Part shown: positions 8,901 through 17,876 of the stretch, piece by piece
How the letters are laid out: each line of letters begins with the position of its first letter
How positions within the stretch are numbered: the first letter of the stretch is position 1
Source: Candidatus Heimdallarchaeota archaeon
Lineage (GTDB): Archaea; Asgardarchaeota; Heimdallarchaeia; Heimdallarchaeales; Heimdallarchaeaceae
Direction of reading: 5' to 3'
Length of the DNA stretch: 64,000 nt
NCBI GenBank assembly: GCA_030603365.1
Contig: JAUVXV010000006.1
Span: 110,306 to 174,305, forward strand
Notes under the pieces: generated by a model
What the model saw: the letters and a program-made list of their open reading frames with translations, nothing else
What the model was told of the DNA's origin: nothing
Database searches by the model: none
Made by a program: the position numbers and the translations under genes

Positions 8901-11579
8901 TAGTTTCAGAAGCGCATCAAGAAGATGTTGTCCACGTGATGGATTAATAAAATTAATACTAATAGTTGTATTTTTTTGAAGTAGATATGGATGAGATACA
9001 AGATAATTTTCGATTTTATCATGAATAATCTTGGTTAAATCAAGACCTTGTTCTAGAGACGAGAAGTCTAATATTTCATTTATAATGGATTCTCCTTCAA
9101 TTCTTTGATTCTGCTCATAACCTTTTCTCTTTTCAGCAAGAGAGATATAAATTCCCCAAGAATCATATTTCGAGGTTAATTTTAAATAAGTAGTATCTAG
9201 GAGTGTATCTGCTTCAGTATTCTGTCCCAAATTTAGAAGAAGGGGTATAGAGCTTCTCTTAATTTTGTCAACATCATACCTTGAAATCTTACTGATTTTA
9301 TTATCAGTTTCAAACCATGAGTAAAACTGTTTTTGTTTAAGCAATAAATTAAGTAACATCAAAGGATGAAGAGGTGTCATCAGACCTATATAGGGATCAT
9401 TTTCCTTATTCTGAATGAAAATAAAATCAAAGAATAACAGAATAGATCTGTAATCAAATACTTTCTCTTCCTTTTGATAAATATTCTTTTCACTAGAAAG
9501 AAGTGAAAGATATGTAAATGCATATTCATAGATTATATTTTCATAGGGAATCAGGTTAATAGTAAAGATTGGTAGATTCAGAGTTTTAATTCTGTCCTCG
9601 ATTTTTTTAAATAATGTTTTTCTACAATTGATGAAACTTTCAAATTCTGTCATTTCTTTAATTGTGTTTATTCTATCTGCTGCCCAACTATGATTAATCA
9701 GATCTAATTCAATTTCAGAATTAGGTATAAAATTAAGTTGTTCTATTCTTTTACATGAAGGAAAGGGGTTCATTTCTTTTTCAGAAAGAATCCATTTTTC
9801 AAGTTCAAATAGATCCGAAGAATATTCAATTACATATGTTTCATTTGTTTTCTGATTCTTCAATGTGAGAGATTTATTTACATATGATATATAATCAATT
9901 AAAGGCTCTCCGAATTTCATGAAATCTAGACTATCAATATTAACATTAAAAATATCTCCTAGTTGAATTTGACTAGATTCCTTGTTAAATTGTGATTCAA
10001 AGAGTATATCGTAAATGGACTCACTTCTTTCTGCATAGTCTTTATCTCTATAAATCTTATAATTCAGATAGACAGATTCATTTTTATATTTTATTTGAAG
10101 AGTTCCTTCATCTTCCAATTCATCAGTTGATATTACAATTTGTTTTCTCTCAGTTATAAATTTGAAACTAACTTCTAAATCCTCAGGAGATTCATCTTCA
10201 TATGCTTCTTTCAATACATTGAAAGAATCTGAGGTTTCTCCTATTATTGCAAGTATTAGGGAATCATTAACATTGTCATCAATATAGAAATTATTTTTTT
10301 CAAGGTTTCCATTAATTTCATAAACTTCCCAATTTCTAAGACCACTATTGTAAATGAAATAGTAATTAATGGGTTCACGAACTTTAGATCTTGCTGTAGG
10401 CTTATAACTAAAAGTGATATAATTCAATCCATCATGCCAATTCTTTTTCTTGATCGAAAAGGTAAAATCAGTTTCATTTTTTGGAACTGGAAGTGTCTGT
10501 TTAGTTGAAGATTCATTAATTGTAAATAGTAATTGTTCTTGACCAGACAAGTATCTGGATATAGTAAACTTTAGACTAAGAGAATCTTCAGTTACATTAA
10601 AAATGCTCTGTAATGAGGTTGAAAATATGCACTCACTTGAACTGTGCTTTGTTTTATCCAATTCTATATTCAAAAAAGAGAACTTCTGAGCTACTTCTGA
10701 AGGTTTTTCAAGTTTTGATACTATTTTAGAGAGGAGTAATTCTTCAGGCCAATTTCTGAAAATTTCATTAATTTCTGAAGTAGATTGGTGTCTAATCCAA
10801 GAATCCACTTCTTGAGCTTTGGAGGGGTCACAATAATCTTCAAGTATGTAAAAAACACTATCTCCCGATTGTATTGCTTCTTTTATATTTCTTGAGATTT
10901 TCATATTAATTTCTAAATATTCATGAGTATTCACAGAAAATTTAGTAAATGAAAGCTCATCATCTCTAATCAGACCAATCAAATGAAGTTTCTTAGCGAA
11001 ATCAACTTCAGAATCTGCAGATAATATTTTTTGAATAAAATTAAATAGATCACTGAAATTCTTATAAACAAAATTATCAGATTTGCTTTCTAGATAATTT
11101 TTCAAAAAATCCAAATATGAACTCATAGGTTTATCATGCAATTTGTCTATTTGATTCATCAAAATTTCTCTTCTAGATAGAAAAGATTTGGAAATCATCA
11201 AACCAGCTGTAGCTAAAGAGTCTAGATTTAGCATATTTGGAGTAGCAATATAGAGTAGTGTTTTATCTGTTTGTCTTGAAAGATCTCGTATCTTAACTGC
11301 AAATCCTTGAGAACAATTATACTTTGAGTCAATCAAATCATCTGTAATCAAACAAACTGCGACATCAGAATCTTTTGCCCAACTATTCAAATGATTATTT
11401 TCCGGAAAAGAGAGTTTTTCGCTTTTCCCTGTATTTGTTAATAGATCATACAAAGATTCCAGAATTTTTCCATCAGTATCAGCAAATAGCAATATTGATT
11501 TTGAGACAGTTTCTTTATTATCTTCTAAAATTTCCTCAATAGCTTTTGCGATTTCTGTATGTATTTTTTGATATTTCAT
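5928..11579 (-). CDS. dptH: DptH/MAD8-like large protein with a PD-(D/E)xK motif and C-terminal HerA/FtsK-type ATPase
   Basis: Walker A GAKGSGKSYT, Walker B LIVFDEAHKY, REVRHRGVSLVVSSQDP, terminal RPRSTTHGG (MAD8-like tail), and SDDLL...IPIEAK nuclease-like motif. Confidence 0.75.
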   Translation of the reverse strand: MKYQKIHTEIAKAIEEILEDNKETVSKSILLFADTDGKILESLYDLLTNTGKSEKLSFPENNHLNSWAKDSDVAVCLITDDLIDSKYNCSQGFAVKIRDLSRQTDKTLLYIATPNMLNLDSLATAGLMISKSFLSRREILMNQIDKLHDKPMSSYLDFLKNYLESKSDNFVYKNFSDLFNFIQKILSADSEVDFAKKLHLIGLIRDDELSFTKFSVNTHEYLEINMKISRNIKEAIQSGDSVFYILEDYCDPSKAQEVDSWIRHQSTSEINEIFRNWPEELLLSKIVSKLEKPSEVAQKFSFLNIELDKTKHSSSECIFSTSLQSIFNVTEDSLSLKFTISRYLSGQEQLLFTINESSTKQTLPVPKNETDFTFSIKKKNWHDGLNYITFSYKPTARSKVREPINYYFIYNSGLRNWEVYEINGNLEKNNFYIDDNVNDSLILAIIGETSDSFNVLKEAYEDESPEDLEVSFKFITERKQIVISTDELEDEGTLQIKYKNESVYLNYKIYRDKDYAERSESIYDILFESQFNKESSQIQLGDIFNVNIDSLDFMKFGEPLIDYISYVNKSLTLKNQKTNETYVIEYSSDLFELEKWILSEKEMNPFPSCKRIEQLNFIPNSEIELDLINHSWAADRINTIKEMTEFESFINCRKTLFKKIEDRIKTLNLPIFTINLIPYENIIYEYAFTYLSLLSSEKNIYQKEEKVFDYRSILLFFDFIFIQNKENDPYIGLMTPLHPLMLLNLLLKQKQFYSWFETDNKISKISRYDVDKIKRSSIPLLLNLGQNTEADTLLDTTYLKLTSKYDSWGIYISLAEKRKGYEQNQRIEGESIINEILDFSSLEQGLDLTKIIHDKIENYLVSHPYLLQKNTTISINFINPSRGQHLLDALLKLNRKKRYRDLELKYNISLFSREDVPSYELGRSFVEFFSKPNPNDFEAQMMSSISYVISNVSPDKRSELSETIKVIENLPYSHLTFISGIFHDSIRVSTPKANRFSSTQSSIFSYYDTKFDPSDSRFYRGMFTYPTNNIQAIPNSDSDFTVIYNQLLHTMTCFSASIHQTYDENNLLSLMLQIEPKMKDIITSLHQNTDWACFIDQDLGVELFDRALNDQVEYLIDFSPPFESQINHSNVIVTTEQIDYILAIMKNQLKLLCQHEIHKEKTMNMLLSSLNYLAGSWALSALKDEYPNLTGKLGEVLALFELLKGNQNQPLVKIENGDIKSIRIVISNYHYIEAWKNDDSEKFSKLSDDLLEIVIERDGQDLEKINITMIPIEAKHGESASKRDVISGAKEQIESAYLILKHRFHRFGDYNSSLRDLELAQLLEKNVRRFFRYFETDKALIVHEFLIDVIEKIQRQNYETFFGYKTENKLLYGKVFGFDPYVSAEDIDPELELDGIFLFGLEKIAVLLDIVDEIEVIEKEALEAVTETPIITSQESFTALEVIEDETLEDVMEIKPIEVEEPVTKLKDELEEVTAEISIAPVLDPEIMLGTTGDSVAEEWGIIGEYQNKKVAVNMNEPLTTVILGAKGSGKSYTTGVIIEAAQNLPPGLNNIHSKLQTIIFHFHQDTSYAPEYLSLIDKNDNEDELNALLLKYNQHAVPLEKIKVFVTPRSYEEQKKIYENESKIDVFPLFFHPEDLGIDGWRLLLFADSNDSLYIQVIHEFLNELYYGESELTPTNLLKLVEEDDELSLNQKKLAKRRINLARRYISKENHAFKYINKGDTVIVDVREKLMDKNTAMSLFLIFARVASERGEGNKLIVFDEAHKYFSTSMKEEIVTLNREVRHRGVSLVVSSQDPKSIADTIIELSEIVIIHKTVVPDWLKILKKKLSSMEDVDIKELSNLEKGEALIWAKEANRLDFTMGMKKIKIRPRSTTHGGRSVKNV

Positions 11580-13360
11580 TGTTTCATCGCCAACCCATAA
11601 ACAAATTGTGCCTCTTTAGCATCCGAAGCCTCATAAAATAGACCTAACTTACTTAAAGCTGCTTTCAATCCCTTATTCTCTATACTATCTGGATCTTCAA
11701 CAAACGATATTATAATTCCTCGATTTTTCAAGAAGTCCTTAAAATCATCAAAAACAATAATATTATTGTTATTCAGAGTTGAGATTTGTGCAAAAATCTG
11801 AATCAATGTGTCTGATAATGTATAGTAATTACCTACGCCTCTTCTTTTCTGCATGAAACCAGTTCCACCAGAATAAGACATATTTCTGAAGAATGCAAAG
11901 AAATGTTTTCTAGAATCATTTGCTGAGGTTTGCTTATTATAATGTGCCATTATTACATCAAAGAGTCTTTTGATGTTAGTACCTTTATTGAATTCATTTT
12001 TCTGTAACTCTTGGAAATAATCCTTTTTTCTTTCAACTGTTATATTCTGAAGTTCCAAATATCTAGAAATACATAAACCAAAATAGATTTCAACAAAATT
12101 CCTGAAATCTTCTTCCGATTCATATGATTCATGAAAATCACTAAACGAATAGAATTGATTTGTGCTATAGTACTTGTTCATACAGGATCTGATATGATTG
12201 AAAATTATTGAATAGGGAGCTAATTTTAGAACTAGATTTGCATCTTCCTTACATTTTTCTAGATAAGCAGTTTTTTTGTGAACTACTGGATCATCATCAA
12301 TTTTAGGATAAATTCTTGGTGTGCATTCACAATTTTGAATGTCATTTCTAGTAAATTGACATTTTGAACAATCTATTACATCTAATTGTCTTCTTTTTGC
12401 TGGAGACATTTTAAAAATCTCACTCATATTCTTTTCAAAAATGTATGATAATCTTAAAATGTATAAAGCTAGATGAGAAGATAAAACAGTATAGAACCAG
12501 TGTATTATAGTCTCTTTATTAAAGGATTCTCCCATATTCAAGATGTTCAACAGATCAGAGCGTATTTGATCAGTATGTAGTTCGCAAATTGGAGATTCTA
12601 ATGAATCCACAACACCAAGAAGTTTTGTGCGTGATTCTTGCAAGTTCGGTAAGTTTAATTTATTGATTCTTTCCTGAATTGAGTTAATTAGAACTTTACC
12701 TAAAATTCCTAGAGAATCAATATTTTCCTTAGCAAGAAATGAACGTAGTTTTTCCAAAACCTGTATTTTGTTTATACCCTCCTTCTTTTGGTTAGTCAAA
12801 AGCTGTAGTAACAAATTCTTAATTCTGATAGCTTCCTTAACACCCCAAATTATGCTTATTTTAACATTAAATGGAAAGAGAGTTATGAATTTATTATCAA
12901 TTTTAGCAGGTTTATCTTCTCTATACATTGCCCAATTTTCAAAAATCCATTGGTTAAGTATTGTTTTTGCTCTTTCTTGTTTTATTTGAGAGTCTTTGGA
13001 TTCATGGAAATCAATTTCTATTATTTCATCTTCATAATCCTTAAAATCTTCGAAATTCATATTTTCTAGCATCAATTCTGAGACAGAAGTAACATCCAAA
13101 GGATTCTTCGGATTTCGTTTGAAATGCTGACCAGTATGTGACAATTGAACTAACAAAGTAAAAACCTCACACACATTAACACCAAGAGGTGAGGAAGGTA
13201 GAATATCTCTCGAAGTTCTAGCATGAAATTCTCTTTCTGAATATGGAATGCTAATTTCGGTTTTATTCTTCCAGATAAATTCTGTATCATCTTTGAGATG
13301 ACTTATTTTATCAACATGTTTTTTGTAATACTTTCTAATCATCAACATTGTAACCTCCAA
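11576..13360 (-). CDS. dptG: DptG/MAD7-like protein
   Basis: Lies between dptF- and dptH-like genes with overlapping codons. C-terminal FLKNRGI...LSKLGLFYEASDAKEAQFV is typical of DptG/MAD7. Confidence 0.65.
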   Translation of the reverse strand: MEVTMLMIRKYYKKHVDKISHLKDDTEFIWKNKTEISIPYSEREFHARTSRDILPSSPLGVNVCEVFTLLVQLSHTGQHFKRNPKNPLDVTSVSELMLENMNFEDFKDYEDEIIEIDFHESKDSQIKQERAKTILNQWIFENWAMYREDKPAKIDNKFITLFPFNVKISIIWGVKEAIRIKNLLLQLLTNQKKEGINKIQVLEKLRSFLAKENIDSLGILGKVLINSIQERINKLNLPNLQESRTKLLGVVDSLESPICELHTDQIRSDLLNILNMGESFNKETIIHWFYTVLSSHLALYILRLSYIFEKNMSEIFKMSPAKRRQLDVIDCSKCQFTRNDIQNCECTPRIYPKIDDDPVVHKKTAYLEKCKEDANLVLKLAPYSIIFNHIRSCMNKYYSTNQFYSFSDFHESYESEEDFRNFVEIYFGLCISRYLELQNITVERKKDYFQELQKNEFNKGTNIKRLFDVIMAHYNKQTSANDSRKHFFAFFRNMSYSGGTGFMQKRRGVGNYYTLSDTLIQIFAQISTLNNNNIIVFDDFKDFLKNRGIIISFVEDPDSIENKGLKAALSKLGLFYEASDAKEAQFVYGLAMKQ

Positions 13361-15261
13361 GAGAAAAATGAACCTTTTTCATCCGTATTAATCTTTAAAG
13401 TACACATGTCTTGTGCAATTAAATCTAATTTATAATCCTTTGAAGAAGCTAAATAGAGTAGTTTTCTTTTAATTAATTCAATTTCTTCATATTTTCTTTG
13501 ATCCAGAGTACTTGGACGATAACCGTAAGCCATTTTAAAAAGAAAATAATAGGTTTTGAAATCTAGCTCAAAACTGATAGGTTTATCTCCATTAACTCGC
13601 AAAATAATTTGGATTCTTATCGGTAACTGTGCAAAAACGTCTCGAAATTCATATGAAAAAGGTATTCTTATTTCTGATTTTCGCATATCTATAGATAACC
13701 TAACTAAAGATGAAACTGAAGGAATACGGTTTAATCTAAGAATTTTTTTCTGTAAAACTATTTCATTTGGTTCTTTGTTGAACTTTTGTAATGTATCAGC
13801 GTAAGAGTCACTTAAAGAAAGTGCTCTACAAATTCTTCTGATCAGTCTAAACTTCAGCTTATCAGGGATTTCATTATTAGCTTCATTTTTGTATCTGACA
13901 AGATTTCTAAATTCATCTAAACATTGAGATTTAATGTCTTGATCTTTTATTTGAGTTTCAGGTATAGGAAATTGCTGAAAGAAAAATTGACGTTGAATTA
14001 TATACTGAAAGGATTCGCTCTTTAACGATCTTAATTCATTCATAACTGATTTAATATAGCGTTGATTTTGATTTTCTCTACCAATTAGTTCTTCTTCCAT
14101 TTCAGCAATATCTTTCTGTAATCTTATGAAAAAGATCTCTTCAAGAGAATCGAAATTTTCCTTCATTCTTCCAATTTCGGAAACTAAACTTGCAAAACTA
14201 TAAGACATGTAATTTATCCAATTTTTCGTAGATAGAAAAATCGGACGATAATTTTTGAAGAAATCAAGTGTTTTAAGATCAATTAATTTGTATAGTGCCT
14301 TTTCGTTTAGCAAGAATATCTTATTGTAGAATAAATGATCAAATTGAGATCTGTCTCCGCTTTCATCAAATTCTCTTTTAAATTCAATAATTTCTTCCTG
14401 ACATGTTTGAAATTTATACTCACTAAAATGGCCTGCTATTAGATAAGAGATTGTTTCTAAGAATAAACGTAGAGTAATATGTGAGGTTTCTTCGATTTCA
14501 TATTTCATGAATAAATTTTTTATTTGCTCTTTTACTGTATCATTATTATTTATCATTGAAATATTGGAAATTAAATAGCAGTAATTTCTAACAGAACATT
14601 CTTGACATTGAGAGGATAAAACAACTTTTTCATTTAGATTTGTTATTATTGAATCGAATATCGAATCATTACCAGCAAAAATATCTCTAATAGACAAGTC
14701 AATAAATGATACATTCCACACAGGTTCTTTTGTTGTTGGTTTTTCTTGTTTAATAGGCAAATTAAGATTCTTTAGTGTAAAATATTCAAGCCATTTATAC
14801 TTTTGTACTGTATCTTTCATATTCTTGAAAAAGTGCATTAACATACCAGTGTTAATTGCAATCATCTTTAGTACCTTAGGTTTATTTTGGATAGATGAAT
14901 CACTATACTCTCTAAAGAATATTTTAAGATCATCTAATTGGTTTTTATCTGGTTTATCTGCATGACTTGCATCTAGATTATATTCAATTCTTCTTCCATT
15001 TATCGTATTGCCAATTAATTCTTTAAACTTCGAAAGAAAAACTGTTTTTCCATCACCTGCTGTTCCAGAAATAATTATCAAATCAATTTGATTAGATGTA
15101 TTTTCTTTTTCAGTTATAATTTGAACAAGTTTTTCCTCAAAAGTAGGTACATATAAAAGTTCTTGATCACCTAATAATTCAGTTCCAGCGACAACATTAG
15201 ATCCACCTTTATTAAAACTACTAATTATCTGTAAATAATTCTTCATTTTCCCCACCAGCAT
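13342..15261 (-). CDS. dptF: DptF-like P-loop protein
   Basis: IIISGTAGDGKT, NLDASH, FFREYSD, IAINTGML and the CxxC...C/N motif match the DptF (and MAD6 C-terminal) pattern. Confidence 0.72.
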   Translation of the reverse strand: MLVGKMKNYLQIISSFNKGGSNVVAGTELLGDQELLYVPTFEEKLVQIITEKENTSNQIDLIIISGTAGDGKTVFLSKFKELIGNTINGRRIEYNLDASHADKPDKNQLDDLKIFFREYSDSSIQNKPKVLKMIAINTGMLMHFFKNMKDTVQKYKWLEYFTLKNLNLPIKQEKPTTKEPVWNVSFIDLSIRDIFAGNDSIFDSIITNLNEKVVLSSQCQECSVRNYCYLISNISMINNNDTVKEQIKNLFMKYEIEETSHITLRLFLETISYLIAGHFSEYKFQTCQEEIIEFKREFDESGDRSQFDHLFYNKIFLLNEKALYKLIDLKTLDFFKNYRPIFLSTKNWINYMSYSFASLVSEIGRMKENFDSLEEIFFIRLQKDIAEMEEELIGRENQNQRYIKSVMNELRSLKSESFQYIIQRQFFFQQFPIPETQIKDQDIKSQCLDEFRNLVRYKNEANNEIPDKLKFRLIRRICRALSLSDSYADTLQKFNKEPNEIVLQKKILRLNRIPSVSSLVRLSIDMRKSEIRIPFSYEFRDVFAQLPIRIQIILRVNGDKPISFELDFKTYYFLFKMAYGYRPSTLDQRKYEEIELIKRKLLYLASSKDYKLDLIAQDMCTLKINTDEKGSFFSWRLQC

Positions 15262-15350
15262 TTATGAGTTTATTTCTAAGGCAAATTCAAGCCTTGTATA
15301 CTAAAAAGAAATGATTGTTAATTAATAAGTTTAATTGAGAGTAGATAGAT

Positions 15351-15379
15351 ATGGTATTTTTTTAAATAATTATAACCAT
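15351..15379 (-). promoter_or_regulatory. Island dyad site 3 (ATGGT-N19-ACCAT, perfect) upstream of the dptF-like operon
   Basis: Perfect 5-bp inverted arms; TTATTAAT ~23 nt downstream on the - strand. Confidence 0.75.
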
Positions 15380-16251
15380 TAAGTTTGCAAATCAAAAACC
15401 ATTGTTCTTGAATCTTTTGCTGATTTTGCTTTTCCAAGTACATCTAGTATGTAAAAGGCATTTTGAAACGCAAATCCTTTATCTCTGTCTTCAACATCAG
15501 GAAAATATCTATTTGCTTCATCCAATCTGGTTGAGACTCTATCAATAACATCATTTTTGTAATCTTTGTAGATGGATTCTACTAATTTTATTGGTATTTT
15601 ACTTGTTTCTAAGTTTAATCTTGAACCACTGAAAAGATAGTGATATTTATTTGAAGAATAAAGATGAAAGAAGCTTCTAGTTCTGAAACCTTTGGTTGTT
15701 CCAACATATTTTATGTCTTCTTTTTTCTTTGAAAAAGAAAGATCCTCTGGCATAAAAAAAGAGGTAACTTCAATGATAAGACCATGTCCTTCTCTAGTTA
15801 TAACAGCATAATCTGAAGATGCTAAGAAAAGAAACACATTTTGTAATGCATATCCCCCTTTTATTGAATTCAAATTAGGGAAGTAATTTTTTGCTATCTT
15901 TTTTCTAATAGTTGCATACTGCATTTTCTTTCCTAGAAAATCCTTAGCTACTTCAAAAATCAAACTCTTATCTATTATTCCAGATTTTATATCCAAGATC
16001 TTATTACATAAGCAGTGAATAGTTTCTTTTGTGTGATAGAATTCATATACGCTTCTGAAGCCATAAATATCCGATATTCTATCCAAAGTAAAACTACTAG
16101 GCAAAAATTCTAATATATTCTTAACAGATTCTTTTTCTCTATATTCACTTGATGTTCTAGGAATAATATCACTTTTCTTCTTATTTCCACATTTACATCT
16201 TTGAGGAAGATAACCACATTCTGGACAGAAAATAAATGGATCTTCGGACAT
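15379..16251 (-). CDS. Hypothetical protein with N-terminal Zn ribbon and two internally similar domains
   Basis: CPECG..RCKC at the N-terminus; repeated GYALQNVFLFL / GFAFQNAFYIL motif. Confidence 0.7.
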   Translation of the reverse strand: MSEDPFIFCPECGYLPQRCKCGNKKKSDIIPRTSSEYREKESVKNILEFLPSSFTLDRISDIYGFRSVYEFYHTKETIHCLCNKILDIKSGIIDKSLIFEVAKDFLGKKMQYATIRKKIAKNYFPNLNSIKGGYALQNVFLFLASSDYAVITREGHGLIIEVTSFFMPEDLSFSKKKEDIKYVGTTKGFRTRSFFHLYSSNKYHYLFSGSRLNLETSKIPIKLVESIYKDYKNDVIDRVSTRLDEANRYFPDVEDRDKGFAFQNAFYILDVLGKAKSAKDSRTMVFDLQT

Positions 16252-16313
16252 AACAATCAGCTTTGATCATCTATTATCCTAAGAATTTTAAAATGTAGCT
16301 TAAAATTATAAGT

Positions 16314-16342
16314 ATTGTAAAAACTGGAAAGAGAAATACCAT
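16314..16342 (-). promoter_or_regulatory. Island dyad site 4 (ATGGT-N19-ACAAT)
   Basis: TTTTAAAA begins 21 nt downstream on the - strand (16293). Confidence 0.7.
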
Positions 16343-16406
16343 TTTCTGATACCATTCCAATCCTCTATATCTTACTTAAACAAAAGGAACTCTTTATCTT
16401 ATTAAT

Positions 16407-17876
16407 TCATAATCCTCTTAATCTTGCATGGATGTAGTCATCTTTTTCATTGACTGAATAAAGAAATTCAGCTCTACCTTTTTCTGTTTGTTTTATATTT
16501 ACTAAATTTTTCCTATTTAGATCTGCAAGTGGTTTTGGAGGTTTTCTCTTCAGTTCATTTTCAGTAATTAAATTCTGATTTATTCTTTTTTGTATCAGCC
16601 ATTTTTTAATTTCAATTCGAATTCCGTATGCACTCATAGAACCTAAAGGTTTTGGAGTTTGTAGCTTTAAACCAGATATTCCTTTATTAACAACATCTTC
16701 TTTATATTTATCAAGAAGAAAATCAAGAATAACCTTTTCTTTTTGAGTTAAAATTGGTTCAGTAATTTGGTTTCTTTCTAAATCATAGTTCTTTCTTATT
16801 TTATTTATAATAGTATTTCCGCGTGACAGAAACATTACCTGTTCTCTTAGTTCCCAAGTTTTAATCTTACTAATGATTATCTCTTGTATCTTATCACTGT
16901 ATTTTTGATAGGCTAATATTTCTGCTGATTTCTTAAATAATACCCTTTGATAATGCTTTGGTAAAATTTTCAAATTTTCGAGAGATGAATAATAAATGAC
17001 ATCGAACACAGCTAGTGAGTACTCAAAAAATTCGAACTTTTTTTCAATCGGTTTTTCATTAATTTCTTCCTTATTCAAAATGTCTATCGTTCTATCTGCT
17101 AAAACACGTAACATGAAAATAAGATTAATAGCATGTTTTATCCTTTCAAGGAATAATTTACTGTAGTTCTTCTCACGAATTAATAGAATTTTATTAAAAT
17201 CCAGAAAAACTATATTTACATCATTTATTTTGATTTTTTTCTTGTTTCTTAAATCAAAATTAAGTTTCTTTAGATTTTTAGAATTTACTTCAATCATAGT
17301 ATGAGTATTTGATTCCATAACATGAAACTTACTAAAATCAGTGAAAACAGCTGATAAAATATCCATTTTTTCTGAAGTTTTTTCTCTGTTGCAAATTTTT
17401 GCGATTTTATCTAACTTTTCTTGTATCTTTTTTGTTTCAGTATTTACTTCTAGTGATACTTTTTTTGTTATAGTTCCAATAAGAGAAGGAAAAATCTCAA
17501 CTCGTTTTCTAGGTTTCAATAATTCTAAGTCATTTTCATTAATAATCCATTTAATATAGTTAGAAACAAAAGCAATAAGTGGTCGAATTGGTTCTTTGTC
17601 ACAAATATAACCTCTTGTATTTCTATAATAATTGTATGATTCAGTTGTTAACCCAATTTTGACTTTCCCCATCTTAGGAACGAAAAAATCGTGATTTTTA
17701 TCTTTATAATTATCTTCTTTTGTTTTGTTTTTCTTTGCAAAATAAAGTTGTTCAAGTTTTTGGCAGAACTTTTCACTGGTTTTAAGAAACTCTAGAGGTT
17801 TTCTAACATTTTCTTCATAAATTATCTCTAATAATGGAACAAAAAAACTGAAAGTCAAATCAATTTTATTTTTCAT
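16407..17876 (-). CDS. Hypothetical protein with probable C-terminal winged helix
   Basis: LTQKEKVILDFL...LADLNRKNLV...GRAEFLYSVN; ATGA overlap with the upstream regulator. Confidence 0.6.
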   Translation of the reverse strand: MKNKIDLTFSFFVPLLEIIYEENVRKPLEFLKTSEKFCQKLEQLYFAKKNKTKEDNYKDKNHDFFVPKMGKVKIGLTTESYNYYRNTRGYICDKEPIRPLIAFVSNYIKWIINENDLELLKPRKRVEIFPSLIGTITKKVSLEVNTETKKIQEKLDKIAKICNREKTSEKMDILSAVFTDFSKFHVMESNTHTMIEVNSKNLKKLNFDLRNKKKIKINDVNIVFLDFNKILLIREKNYSKLFLERIKHAINLIFMLRVLADRTIDILNKEEINEKPIEKKFEFFEYSLAVFDVIYYSSLENLKILPKHYQRVLFKKSAEILAYQKYSDKIQEIIISKIKTWELREQVMFLSRGNTIINKIRKNYDLERNQITEPILTQKEKVILDFLLDKYKEDVVNKGISGLKLQTPKPLGSMSAYGIRIEIKKWLIQKRINQNLITENELKRKPPKPLADLNRKNLVNIKQTEKGRAEFLYSVNEKDDYIHARLRGL

